A stretch of 64,000 nucleotides of DNA, taken from IMG/VR virus record IMGVR_UViG_2935109043_000001, positions 22,210 through 86,209 of that record, one strand, 5' to 3'. This document shows positions 18,126-27,590 of the stretch, in pieces. The translations under genes were made by a program, and so were the position numbers. The notes under the pieces were generated by a model. That model had not been told where the DNA came from. It worked only from the letters and a program-made list of their open reading frames with translations, and did not search any database. Position 1 is the first letter of the stretch; each line of letters opens with the position of its first letter. This DNA comes from a virus. Lineage: Duplodnaviria > Caudoviricetes.

Positions 18126-18569
18126 ATGTCTCTGGTCACGTGGCACCGGCCCGCCTTTGAAGGCCGAGAAGATGAATTGGTCAACCAAAACGCAATCGCC
18201 GAACTGACCGGCGTCACGCGAGCCGCCGTCTCCAACTGGACGAGCCGCGACCCGACCTTCCCCGCCGTGGTCGCCATCCAAGGCAACTACGCCCGCGCCC
18301 CGCGGCTGTACGTTCTCGCCGAGGTCCAGGCGTGGCTCGCCGAGCGGTCGTCCCGGCCGCGCAGTAAGCCGTCACGCCGTACACCGGCCCGCCCCCGCTA
18401 CGAGATCCTCGCCGAGCGAGCGGAGCGCGCCAAACGCCGCATCGCTGAAGAGGGGCAGCGCATGTCCTCGCTCTACGCGGAACTCGGCAAGGCCGCGGAG
18501 CGCCTGAAGCAAGCCCAGGATGAGCTGGCGGCAATCACAGCCGAGGCTGAGAAAACGCCAAAGCCGTAG
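18126..18569 (+). CDS. AlpA/excisionase-like HTH protein with C-terminal coiled coil
   Basis: NAIAELTGVTRAAVSNW...FP...LYVLAEVQAWL. Confidence 0.8.
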   Translation: MSLVTWHRPAFEGREDELVNQNAIAELTGVTRAAVSNWTSRDPTFPAVVAIQGNYARAPRLYVLAEVQAWLAERSSRPRSKPSRRTPARPRYEILAERAERAKRRIAEEGQRMSSLYAELGKAAERLKQAQDELAAITAEAEKTPKP

Positions 18570-18665
18570 CGGCGGCGATCCGGGAGAGCACCGAAGCCCG
18601 CCAGCAGTAGAAGCACGACGAGAGGCGGCAACCGCGGTAGGTTGCCGCCCCTCCGAACAGCGGAG

Positions 18666-19223
18666 CTAGCCTGCGTAGGCGTATGCCTGACCGTCCCCCT
18701 TGGAGCAGGCGCAGCGCTCCATGATGAGCACGGCGGAGAGAGGAACCGGCTTCGGGTGCGGTCCTTGCACTGCAACCCATCCTCGGCGAGCGCACCTGTC
18801 ACAGTCGGCGCGGCTGGGGCGCCCCTCAATGTCAGCGGGCGCTCCTAGAGGTGGACGCTCCGTAGCGTCAGGGTGGTAAATGAGCAGCCCTTGGGATACG
18901 TCAGCATCTACCTCGTACGTGACTTCGCCCCCGGCGTCAGACATCACTGCTGCCGCATCGCCTGTGTCTCGGATGTTCCACGCGATTACGGGCGCAGTCC
19001 AGCCGGTTCCGTCCACTCGGATGCCGGCGATCATCCAGCCTCCTCCCGGAACACTGGCGACGATCTTTTCGGCTTGTCTGATCATCAGGAAGCCGCTGTA
19101 GGCAGAGGCCGGAACCAGGCCGGTTTTCCCGGCGACGAGAGGCGATCCTTCGTCGTCCCAGGCAGCGACCTCGCGTTGCTGGTAGTCGCTGTACATGGCG
19201 TGATAGCCGCTGGCAGGAATCAT
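18666..19223 (-). CDS. Hypothetical protein
   Basis: RBS GGAG; internal duplication (VAAWD / VIAWN). Confidence 0.6.
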   Translation of the reverse strand: MIPASGYHAMYSDYQQREVAAWDDEGSPLVAGKTGLVPASAYSGFLMIRQAEKIVASVPGGGWMIAGIRVDGTGWTAPVIAWNIRDTGDAAAVMSDAGGEVTYEVDADVSQGLLIYHPDATERPPLGAPADIEGRPSRADCDRCARRGWVAVQGPHPKPVPLSAVLIMERCACSKGDGQAYAYAG

Positions 19224-19354
19224 GTGCACTCCGTTTTGAGGCTCGACGGCGGGTTCGGGGCGGGGTGGGGTTGGTGGCTGAGGCCCAGTCTTGTGGGTGG
19301 TGTGGCCGGGTGGGGGCGGAAACTGGAACCTGCCCCCACCCGGGGTGTCACGGG

Positions 19355-20734
19355 TTAGAACGGTGCCCGTGCGGGCCGGTTGCGGTTCTCGCGGAGCAGG
19401 CTGCGCATGTCGGCGGTGCGGGCCTGGACCTCGTCGGGGCTGGGGATCTCCACCGTCGACACGGCCGGGGTCTCCTCGGCCGGCGTGACCACCGTCGGCC
19501 ACGCCCCCGGAGCCGCAGGAGCCCACGAGGTGGCCTCAGGACGCGGCGGAGGCACCACGTCACCCGAACGGCCCCCACGCGGCTCTGACGGGCGCTCAGC
19601 GGCCCGCACGGCATCCTGCTGCTCCAGGCGCCGCTGCACCCGACGATCCGCCTTCAACTCGACGCAGAACGGGCACGCATCACCCGTATCCACGTCCCGC
19701 CGGTCATCACACCGTGTGTTCCCGCACTCCGCCTGCGACGCCACCAACGCCAACACCACACCGAGCGGCTTCTCGAAGCCGTCGTCGCCATACTGGCTGG
19801 CCCAGTAGCCATCCCACCGCGGATTGATCCGGTAGGAAGCGAGCTGCTCCGGCGTCCGCGGCCGCGGCCCGTCCGCGTCGAGCGCGGCGAGGATCTTCTC
19901 GCTGATGTTGGTGGGGGTCTCGACGGGCAGGTCGCGTGCGAGGAGCGGGGGGAGCAGGTCGCGGACGGCCTGCACCTGGGCGCGCTGGGTGTTGGTGATG
20001 GGCTTCTTGTCGCTGGACGCGGCGGAGCCGCCCTTCGGGCCAGTGCTGCCGGTGGTGCGCTGTACCGCACTACGGGAACCGCCGGGTTCACGGCCGGCAG
20101 CGGCTGGACTGGTAGTCCCCTCGTGCTGCGATTCGTTGCCGGACGCGGCGGAGCCGCTCACACGGGAGCCCCTACTACCTGTAGTAGCCCTACGGGCGTC
20201 AGGGGACTGATGGCTCGCTGGTGGACAACCTGAGGGATCACTGATGGATAGGGGGCCAATCTGTCCTGACCCTGAGGCCAATGTGTCCTCACCCTCAGGA
20301 CAATCTGTCCCCTGCCTCAGGACAGATTGTCCTGTCAGCAGGTCAGGAGGCGCTTCCGGGTCCAAGATGCCCCCCTCCATACCCTCCGGGGAGTCCGCCC
20401 CCTCGAAGCTCAGCCGCTCCACGAGGTTGTCGTCATAGACCCGCTCAGGGCGCCGCATGGACGCCAGCAGCCGCAGATTCACCCTGGTCAGGTTGGTCGC
20501 CGGCTCACCCTTCTCGTTACGCCGGACCGACTTGATCAGGCGCAGCTCGATGAGCTTTGCCCGCGACCGCCGCACTGTGCGGACCGAGGTGCCAGTCATG
20601 TCCGCGAGACGCTGCTCGCCGGGCCAGCAGTAGCCGTGCGCGTCGGTGAAGTTCGTGAAGGCGAGCAACAGGGTCTTCTCCGGCCCGGGGATGCCCTTGG
20701 CCGCGAAGACCATCGCCATGTGCTCGACGCTCAT
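19355..20734 (-). CDS. Phage replication initiator (N-terminal winged HTH, replisome-organizer type)
   Basis: KTLLLAF...GYCWPGEQRLADMTGTSVRTVRR; internal iterons; C-terminal Cys cluster. Confidence 0.85.
   Translation of the reverse strand: MSVEHMAMVFAAKGIPGPEKTLLLAFTNFTDAHGYCWPGEQRLADMTGTSVRTVRRSRAKLIELRLIKSVRRNEKGEPATNLTRVNLRLLASMRRPERVYDDNLVERLSFEGADSPEGMEGGILDPEAPPDLLTGQSVLRQGTDCPEGEDTLASGSGQIGPLSISDPSGCPPASHQSPDARRATTGSRGSRVSGSAASGNESQHEGTTSPAAAGREPGGSRSAVQRTTGSTGPKGGSAASSDKKPITNTQRAQVQAVRDLLPPLLARDLPVETPTNISEKILAALDADGPRPRTPEQLASYRINPRWDGYWASQYGDDGFEKPLGVVLALVASQAECGNTRCDDRRDVDTGDACPFCVELKADRRVQRRLEQQDAVRAAERPSEPRGGRSGDVVPPPRPEATSWAPAAPGAWPTVVTPAEETPAVSTVEIPSPDEVQARTADMRSLLRENRNRPARAPF
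20254..20332. repeat. Four 22-bp-phased iterons (putative replication origin)
   Basis: GG(A/C)CA-N3-TGTCC units start at 20254, 20276, 20298 and 20320. Confidence 0.8.
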
Positions 20735-20960
20735 CCGGTCACCTCCGTCACACGCGCGGACGCGGAGCGTGACTCTGTTGTCGAAACGTCGACTGCGGGT
20801 ACAGTCATGGGTGAGACCTCATTCGCTTAGAGACTCGTTCGCAGCAGGTGGCCGCCTGCTGTGGTGTTGATCGGCCGGTAGGAGCCTTGCTCCGCCGGCC
20901 TTTCGCATATCTGAACGCTATCGAGCATTTCGCGGGGTATTGCCCCTGCTAATCCGCCCG

Positions 20961-21233
20961 TCACGAGGGGCCTGGAGCGGGCTTGCGGCCTCGGCCGCCG
21001 CGCCGTGGGCCGTCCTCGAACATGGCGAGGAACTTCCCGGTCTCCATCGTCTTGGCGTTGCCCGCCATCACGTACGGCATCTGGTTGGGTCCGTCGCCGA
21101 ACGCCCAGTCGGGGTCTGTCCGGGCGATGTACCGGAGCCCGTCGGGGGTGATGCTCTCGACCAGGCCGAGCTCCGTGAGGAGGGCGGCTCCGGTGGTGAA
21201 GGTGACGAACGGGGGGAGCTTGTCGGGGGTCAC
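20961..21233 (-). CDS. Small putative DNA-binding protein
   Basis: RBS GGGGGA; GAAACTTCG-N7-CGAAGTTTC inverted repeat upstream (21249-21273). Confidence 0.65.
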   Translation of the reverse strand: MTPDKLPPFVTFTTGAALLTELGLVESITPDGLRYIARTDPDWAFGDGPNQMPYVMAGNAKTMETGKFLAMFEDGPRRGGRGRKPAPGPS

Positions 21234-21469
21234 TGAATCCCCCCGTCCGAAACTTCGAAGTCAGCGAAGTTTCTGGGTAGGGTCGACATCGGCAGGTCTC
21301 TCTTTCAGGGGCGAACTGTCACCGGCCGTCACGCCTCCGCAGGGCGCCGGCCACAGGGCGGTCGGCCGGTCTCATCACCGGTCGGCCGTCCGTCTTTCTA
21401 CGGCGGTCTCTTCATCTGCTCCTCCTCGCAGCCGTAACGAACTCCGCAGCTCAGGTCACATGGAAGCCC

Positions 21470-22723
21470 TCAGTCTCTTGCTCCTGTGCGCTCCGCGAGG
21501 CCAGCGAGTTCAGGGCTGGCCTTGGAGCCGGTGACGAGGATCATTTCGTGCACGGCCTCGCGGACCGCCGTGTGGTTCTGGACCATCTCCGGGCTGAGAG
21601 CCTCGGCGCGCAGCAGGCAGCCGACAGCGTCGGCCGTTTCGCGCCGCTGCGCGTGGGCTCGCCCCAGGTCCATCAGCAGCCTCCCCTGACGTTCGGGGGA
21701 GAGCGCGTCGGCGTTGATGCTGTGCCCTATGTCGAGAGCCTCGCCGGCGTCGCCGAGATCGACCGCGGTGGACACGGACTGGACAGCGACGTTGGTCGGG
21801 CCGAACTCCAGGTGGTAGTCGTTGCGGTCCTCTCCGAGACGCTCGGCGACCTGGCGGGCCGCCTCGATCTCTGCGCGCGCCTCCGTCCGCTGACTGGACC
21901 GGGCATGCATCAGCGCCTTGGCCAGATGCAGGGAGCCCAGGACGGAAAGCCCCTCCGGAGGCAGGTCGCCCTGCGCCTTCAGCGCGTCGATGGCGCCACG
22001 CACGGCGTGCTCAGCCTCGGCGGGGGAGCCGAGCCGGACGAAGGCGTGGACCATGCGGAAGATGCCCGCGAAGACCAGGTACACGTCGCCGGACTGTTCG
22101 GCTGCGGTCACTGCGCGGTCTGCGGCGACCCACGCGGCCCGAGAGTCGCCCTGGCGCGCGAACGCTGAAGCCAGGGCGTGGTACGCGTGGGCGAGGAGCT
22201 TGTACGCCGTCGACCGGTCAGCGTCCGAAGCGGTTCGGACGGCCCGCTCCAGGTCGGGCACCAGGGCGGTCACCATGTCGCTGACCTCGGAGTGCCGGGC
22301 AGCATGCGTGAGCGACCACATCTCGTCCACCTGGGCACTGAGGGCGGCCAGGTCGGGCTGCTCGGTGTCCGTACCGAGGAGAGCTCCGAGTGCCGGGTGA
22401 CCGGCAATGACGAGTCGTGCGCCGTCCAGGTCGTTCGCTACCAGTTCGGCAGCGGCTGGCGGCGCATCGATGGGTGCCCCTGGGTCGAGGGCCTGTGTCG
22501 ATACGCCGAGGGCGTTGGCCAGCTCGCGAAGCAGGTCGAACCGGCGGATCGGCTGAATGCCCCGCTCGACCTGAGACATCCAGCTCGGCGTCCGTCCGTT
22601 CAACTGGGCGGCGAGCTGCTGCTGCGTCATGCCCCGGTCCTTGCGGAGCTCGGCGACTCGTCTGCCGAACTCTCGGTCGCGCGGGTCGACGTCCTTCCCG
22701 GTCGGCTTGCTCGACTTGCTCAC
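21470..22723 (-). CDS. XRE-HTH regulator with TPR-like C-terminal domain (candidate repressor)
   Basis: RVAELRKDRGMTQQQLAAQL...WMSQVERG; FGPTNV; helical repeats. Confidence 0.9.
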   Translation of the reverse strand: MSKSSKPTGKDVDPRDREFGRRVAELRKDRGMTQQQLAAQLNGRTPSWMSQVERGIQPIRRFDLLRELANALGVSTQALDPGAPIDAPPAAAELVANDLDGARLVIAGHPALGALLGTDTEQPDLAALSAQVDEMWSLTHAARHSEVSDMVTALVPDLERAVRTASDADRSTAYKLLAHAYHALASAFARQGDSRAAWVAADRAVTAAEQSGDVYLVFAGIFRMVHAFVRLGSPAEAEHAVRGAIDALKAQGDLPPEGLSVLGSLHLAKALMHARSSQRTEARAEIEAARQVAERLGEDRNDYHLEFGPTNVAVQSVSTAVDLGDAGEALDIGHSINADALSPERQGRLLMDLGRAHAQRRETADAVGCLLRAEALSPEMVQNHTAVREAVHEMILVTGSKASPELAGLAERTGARD

Positions 22724-23046
22724 GTTCCCTCCTTTCCGGCCGGCCTCTTGCCGACCGTCTCGTTCAGGAACGTCACCTCGGTGCTGGTCAGGTGCTGCTC
22801 CCTCTCCTTCAAGAAGTGCTTGGTGTGGTGCTGGTTCTCGTGTGCCTGGAACGCGTCGCGGTCGGCGTACAGCTCGTAGAAGACGCGCACGAGGGGTTCG
22901 CCCTCGGGGACGTGCACGACGTAGACGAGCGTGCCGGGCTCACTGCGGATGCCCTCGATGGTGCGGGCCACGAGGGCGTCGAACTGCTGGGCAGCGTCGG
23001 CGTCGCGGGTGGTGAAGCGCACGACGAGTGCGTATCCGCTTGTCAC
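22720..23046 (-). CDS. ABM-domain (antibiotic biosynthesis/quinol monooxygenase, LsrG/YgiN-like) protein
   Basis: EPGTLVY...FYELYADRDAFQAH; RBS AAGGAGG before GTG; stop overlaps the XRE start. Confidence 0.9.
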   Translation of the reverse strand: MTSGYALVVRFTTRDADAAQQFDALVARTIEGIRSEPGTLVYVVHVPEGEPLVRVFYELYADRDAFQAHENQHHTKHFLKEREQHLTSTEVTFLNETVGKRPAGKEGT

Positions 23047-23127
23047 TTGTTCCTCCTTTGATGCCATGGCCACAGTCTCACATGTCGAGGAAAAGTGCGA
23101 GCATGAGAGGGAAACTCGCGGAAGCGG

Positions 23128-23156
23128 TTGACTCGCACTGAGAGTGCGAGTAGCTT
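23128..23156 (+). promoter_or_regulatory. Rightward housekeeping-type promoter overlapped by a palindromic operator
   Basis: TTGACT-N17-TAGCTT; ACTCGCACT-N3-AGTGCGAGT at 23131-23151; extra AGTGCGAG half-sites near 23094 and 23286. Confidence 0.75.
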
Positions 23157-23261
23157 CGTTCATGTCGCCACCACGGCGGCAGCAAAAAGGGCCCGGCGTC
23201 CTACCGCCGGGCCCTGGATGCGAACCACTGTCCTACCTGCTCTACCAGGAGGCCGATCCGC

Positions 23262-23435
23262 ATGCAGATCAAGGATCGCACACACAGTGCGAGCGCGACT
23301 CGCACCACCACCCCCGACGTGAACGAGTGCCTGCGTCAGTCCCGCAGCACCACCGCGCCGTCGACCGCCCGCCAGCTCGTCGCCATCGGCATCCGCCGGC
23401 CCGGCCACGGCCCGCTGATCATCAAGGCGGTCTGA
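23262..23435 (+). CDS. Small hypothetical leader protein
   Basis: RBS AGGAGG; 57 aa. Confidence 0.45.
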   Translation: MQIKDRTHSASATRTTTPDVNECLRQSRSTTAPSTARQLVAIGIRRPGHGPLIIKAV

Positions 23436-23437
23436 CC

Positions 23438-23914
23438 ATGGCCACCAACGACCCCGCCCGCGACGCCGCCGAGCACTACTTCCGGAACCTCGTCCGTCTC
23501 CGCGACGAGCTCGACACCGACAACCCCGACCGCGCTGTCATCTCGGTCAGTCTCCCCAACGGCACCTTCATCGGCTCGGTCGACCTCCCCGCCACCATCG
23601 TCGGCGAGCTCGGCGACACCGCCGAAGTCCACGCCGACTACGCCGAGCCGAACCTCGCCACCACCCTCGGCTGGGACGAAGTCACCATCTCCGACGACCT
23701 CACCCACGCCGTCGAAGAAGCCCTCACCCCCGCCCTCAACGACACCGTCGACGGCCTGCACCTCGAAGCCCTCGCCGACCTCGAAGACCACTTCGCCAGC
23801 GTCGACCCCATCGACCTCCTCGACGAGGCGCTCAGCGCCAACAACGCCGAGCAGGGCCTGCGGGCCTTCGAGTACCTCGTCACCGGCGAGATCAACGAGG
23901 ACGGAGCCCTCTGA
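23438..23914 (+). CDS. Acidic hypothetical protein
   Basis: Strong GC3 bias; coupled to next ORF. Confidence 0.75.
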   Translation: MATNDPARDAAEHYFRNLVRLRDELDTDNPDRAVISVSLPNGTFIGSVDLPATIVGELGDTAEVHADYAEPNLATTLGWDEVTISDDLTHAVEEALTPALNDTVDGLHLEALADLEDHFASVDPIDLLDEALSANNAEQGLRAFEYLVTGEINEDGAL

Positions 23915-24327
23915 TGCAGCCCTACTCCAACACCACCGTCCTCACCGGCCCCATCGCCCCCGTAGACGACACGCCCCTCGGCGACGTCATCGCCGACACC
24001 GCAGGCGTCCACGCCGGCATCGACCTCATCCGCGAAGGACTGCTCCTCCTCGCCACCGACCACCTGCCCCTCGACCTCGTCCCCACGATCCTGACGACCC
24101 TCGCCGGCGGAGCAGACGGCACCGACCAGGCCCCCGACCTCCTCACCGCCATCGGCCACCTCGTCGCCCGCCTCTCGGACCCGGCCGCCAACCAGGTGCT
24201 GCTGGACCTGCCGGAGCAGCGGCAGAAGGACATCGAGCGGCAGGGCGAGCAGGCCCTCTACCGGCTGACCGACCCGTGGCTGCGCGAGCCCGCCAACGAG
24301 GCCGCCGCCCTGATCGACGGCATCTGA
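23914..24327 (+). CDS. Hypothetical protein
   Basis: TGATG coupling; GC3 bias. Confidence 0.75.
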   Translation: MQPYSNTTVLTGPIAPVDDTPLGDVIADTAGVHAGIDLIREGLLLLATDHLPLDLVPTILTTLAGGADGTDQAPDLLTAIGHLVARLSDPAANQVLLDLPEQRQKDIERQGEQALYRLTDPWLREPANEAAALIDGI

Positions 24328-24400
24328 CCAACCCCCACCCGCGCGGGGGCGGTCTGACGCCGACAACAGGCCGCCCCCGCCTCACCCCGAGAGGCACCCC

Positions 24401-24637
24401 ATGAACACGCAGCCCACCACCTACCACTGGGTCCTCACCCTCACCGGGACCAACGCCGCCACCGGCGTCGCCGTGTCCACCGGCGGCTACGGCGTGATCC
24501 CCATCGGCGCCGGAGCCAGTCGCGTCGAGGTCATGCAGAGCCTCCACCGGAATGTTCTCGCCCGCGCCGCCGCAGACGGCATTCACCTTGTCAACGTTCG
24601 GGTCCTTTTCTGGTCCCTCGAACCCGACGCCCTCTAG
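24401..24637 (+). CDS. Small hypothetical protein
   Basis: RBS GAGG; YHWVLTL...VLFWSLEPDAL. Confidence 0.7.
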   Translation: MNTQPTTYHWVLTLTGTNAATGVAVSTGGYGVIPIGAGASRVEVMQSLHRNVLARAAADGIHLVNVRVLFWSLEPDAL

Positions 24638-24696
24638 CCCCGCCAGCCTCGACCCAGCCGCAACGCTCCACGCAACAACCACAGAAGGGACCACTC

Positions 24697-24978
24697 ATGA
24701 CCACGCAGACACCCACCACCTGGCCCGAAGGCGTCATCGGCCGCTACCTCACCGTCGGCGGCGCCACCGTCGACATCACCCACGACAACCTTGGCCCCGA
24801 CGCCGAGCCGTGCCTCTCCACCGCCTACTGCACCGGCTGCGGCAGGCACATGGACCACTACTGGACCACCCATGTCGGCAGGTACGACAACGGCCGTACA
24901 GGAGCCGAGCGGGCCGCCCGTGAGTGGGCTCAGACCCACGCCGGACACTGCCGCGCCTTGCCCAAGCCGACCGCCTGA
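24697..24978 (+). CDS. Small Zn-binding hypothetical protein
   Basis: RYLTVGGATVD; CTGC...WAQTHAGHCRALP. Confidence 0.75.
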   Translation: MTTQTPTTWPEGVIGRYLTVGGATVDITHDNLGPDAEPCLSTAYCTGCGRHMDHYWTTHVGRYDNGRTGAERAAREWAQTHAGHCRALPKPTA

Positions 24979-24988
24979 CCCACACCCA

Positions 24989-25036
24989 GCCTCGGCCCAG
25001 CCGTGACGGTGCCGGATCGAATCCGCGCCCGAGGCA
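24989..25036 (+). ncRNA. Third tRNA-minihelix-like element
   Basis: GCCTCGG/CCGAGGC-A acceptor-like stem; GG-ATCGAAT-CC T-loop variant. Confidence 0.5.
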
Positions 25037-25076
25037 CGCAACCACCACCCGCACCAACAACCCGAAAGGCCCCACC

Positions 25077-25487
25077 GTGACCGAACAGTTCGAAACCATC
25101 CGCTACACCGCCGACATCATCTGCATCCGCGACGGCCACATCCTCACCATCGAACGCGGATCGGACCCCCACAAGGGCCAACTCGCCCTCCCCGGCGGCC
25201 ACGTCGACCCCGGCGAAACCAGCCGCGCCGCCGCCGCCCGCGAACTCGCCGAAGAAACCAACATCCACATCCAGCCCGACGACCTCACCTTCGTCGGCAT
25301 CTGGGACACCCCCAACCGAGACCCCCGAGGCCGCTACATCACCGCCGCCTACGCCATCACCGTCCCCACCAGCACCCTCGCCACCGCCGGAGACGACGCC
25401 GCCTCCGTCTACTGGGTCCCCATCGACAACCCCGGCCCCCTCGCCTTCGACCACCAGGACATCGTCGCCGCCGCTCGCCGCCACTAA
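25077..25487 (+). CDS. NUDIX hydrolase
   Basis: Nudix box GGHVDPGETSRAAAARELAEET; RDPR; LAFDH. Confidence 0.95.
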   Translation: MTEQFETIRYTADIICIRDGHILTIERGSDPHKGQLALPGGHVDPGETSRAAAARELAEETNIHIQPDDLTFVGIWDTPNRDPRGRYITAAYAITVPTSTLATAGDDAASVYWVPIDNPGPLAFDHQDIVAAARRH

Positions 25488-25526
25488 CCCGCCTCAGCTC
25501 GTACCAGCGACCCGAAAGGCCCGGCC

Positions 25527-25694
25527 ATGGACCAGCAGCCCACCCCCGCCTACCAGCCCGTCAGCGACGACGACGCCCGACTCCACCTCGCCCAGATCAT
25601 CGGCAGCGACCTGAACACCACCGTCTGGTCGGGCGACTGGCACCAGACCCTCCGCGACACCGCCGCCGCCTGGACCACCCACCTCGCCGCCTAG
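25527..25694 (+). CDS. Small hypothetical protein
   Basis: RBS GAAAGG; 55 aa. Confidence 0.5.
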   Translation: MDQQPTPAYQPVSDDDARLHLAQIIGSDLNTTVWSGDWHQTLRDTAAAWTTHLAA

Positions 25695-25706
25695 GAGACC
25701 CCCGCC

Positions 25707-25898
25707 ATGCAGTACACCGCTGCCGACTACCGCCGCAAAGCCGAAGACGCCATCACCGACCACCGCAACGGCCGCAACCACGATGGCCTCGCCGAAGCCA
25801 CCATCTACGCCCAGCTCGCCCTCGCCACCGCCATCGAGAACGCCGAAACCCTCCCCACCGGCATCACCCTCACCCCGCCCACCCGCCACAGCCACTGA
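25707..25898 (+). CDS. Small hypothetical protein
   Basis: RBS AGGAG. Confidence 0.6.
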   Translation: MQYTAADYRRKAEDAITDHRNGRNHDGLAEATIYAQLALATAIENAETLPTGITLTPPTRHSH

Positions 25899-25912
25899 AA
25901 GGACCCTCCGTC

Positions 25913-27406
25913 GTGACCACCGCCCCGGCCGGCCAGACACCACCCCCACTCCCCGCCCTCGGGGACTGGCAGCCCCTGCCCAACCCCGGGGCCACCACCA
26001 CCCCGACCACCACCAAAAACCCCACCCGCGCCAACCGCGGCGCCACCTCCCTCCTCACCCTCACCACACTCGCCCTCCTCTACATCGGAGCCGGCGGCCC
26101 CCTCCACTACCTCACCCTCCACCCCACCCAGCAGCGCATCGCCCTCTACACCGCCGCCCTCACCGCCGCACTCCTCCTCACCCACATCACCCTCCCCAAG
26201 CTCCGCGCCGCCACCACCCGACCCAAGACCCCCGCCGGACAGATCGCCGTCACCATCGGCGCCATCGTCTGCACCGGCGTCGGCCTCAACACCGCCTGGG
26301 CCTTCACCGCCAGCCACCTCCACATCACCGACACCTTCACCCGCATCGCCCTCTGCGGCACCGGCGAAATCGTCCTCATCGCCCTCGGCCTCGCCGCACG
26401 CGACAACTTCCGCCGCGACCAAGCCGCAGGCATGCCCGGCATCCTCGTCTGGATCATCACCGGCTTCCTCGCCGTCCCCGCCTTCGCCGAAGGCGCCGCC
26501 ATGGCCACCGGCTTCTCGGAAGGCGCAGTCGCCGGCGCCTGGCGAGCCATCTTCGGCCCCGTCGGCGCCGCCATCCTCTGGCACTTCGCCATGGGCCTCG
26601 AAATCAAGGCCGCCGACGCCACCGCCCGAAGCATGGGCGTCTTCGCCCGCCTCGGCCGCCGCCTCGGCCAGCACATCCTCACCGCCTTCGGCATCGGCGA
26701 CACCGACACCACCACCACCGAACTCCTCCGCCAACGAGCCCGCACCCGCGCCGCCAACCTCGCCGACCGCTACCGCAACCTCCCCAAGTGGGCCAAGAAC
26801 ACCCCCTACGGCCACTGGATCCTCCGCCGCCTCCGCACCGCCCTCCGCACCGCCGACATCGCCACCGACGAGACCCAGCGCAACACCCTCCTCGCCGACC
26901 TCGCGGTCTCCTCCCACGCCCCGACCCTCGCCGAACTCCACCACACAAACCCGTGGGGTCTCCCGACGGCGAACCTCGAACCGGTTCGGGAACTGCCCGC
27001 CGCCGAACTTCCCCCCGCCCCGGAACCGGCCCCCCTCAAGGTTCGCGAACCTCAGCCCCGCACCGAGGTTCCGAACCGCGCCGGAACCGACGAGGAGAAG
27101 CCCGCGAACCAGGTTCGCGAACCCCAGAACACCCAGGTTCGCGAACCTCAGCCTCCCGCGAACCAGCCCGCCCAGCGCGACAAGAACCAGGTTCCGCGAA
27201 CCCCCGAACCTCGAACCCCGAACCTCAGCGACCGCGCCGCCGCCAAGAAGGAACAGGTTCAGCAGGTTCTGAACCTCATCGAGAACCGCGGCTACGACGC
27301 CGTGAAGCTCGCCCTCGTCATGGACGAGACCGGCATGGCCAAGACCACCGCCTACAACCGCCTCAACGAAGCCCGCGCACTCTGGACCAAGCGGAACGTC
27401 GCCTGA
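25913..27406 (+). CDS. Polytopic membrane protein with C-terminal HTH (Spd/DUF2637-like plasmid spread protein)
   Basis: About 6 hydrophobic segments; Pro-rich REP linker; VMDETGMAKTTAYNRL HTH. Confidence 0.75.
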   Translation: MTTAPAGQTPPPLPALGDWQPLPNPGATTTPTTTKNPTRANRGATSLLTLTTLALLYIGAGGPLHYLTLHPTQQRIALYTAALTAALLLTHITLPKLRAATTRPKTPAGQIAVTIGAIVCTGVGLNTAWAFTASHLHITDTFTRIALCGTGEIVLIALGLAARDNFRRDQAAGMPGILVWIITGFLAVPAFAEGAAMATGFSEGAVAGAWRAIFGPVGAAILWHFAMGLEIKAADATARSMGVFARLGRRLGQHILTAFGIGDTDTTTTELLRQRARTRAANLADRYRNLPKWAKNTPYGHWILRRLRTALRTADIATDETQRNTLLADLAVSSHAPTLAELHHTNPWGLPTANLEPVRELPAAELPPAPEPAPLKVREPQPRTEVPNRAGTDEEKPANQVREPQNTQVREPQPPANQPAQRDKNQVPRTPEPRTPNLSDRAAAKKEQVQQVLNLIENRGYDAVKLALVMDETGMAKTTAYNRLNEARALWTKRNVA

Positions 27407-27590
27407 ACCTGCGAACCCGAACCATGAACTGCTCAACCGACACCTGCACCCGAACCGCTCTGGTTCGCGAACCTCTCCCGCTCTGCCGAACCTGCACCCT
27501 CCAGGTCGTCCTCGCGAACTACGTCAACGCGAACCTCGCAGCAAGCGCAACGCCTGAGGTCCGTGGCCCAGCTCCAGAGGCGGTTCGCAG
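26965..27590. repeat. Dense cluster of GAACC/GGTTC motifs including four perfect GGTTCGCGAACC palindromes
   Basis: Palindromes at 27040, 27112, 27136 and 27462; half-sites continue across the gene boundary. Confidence 0.8.
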
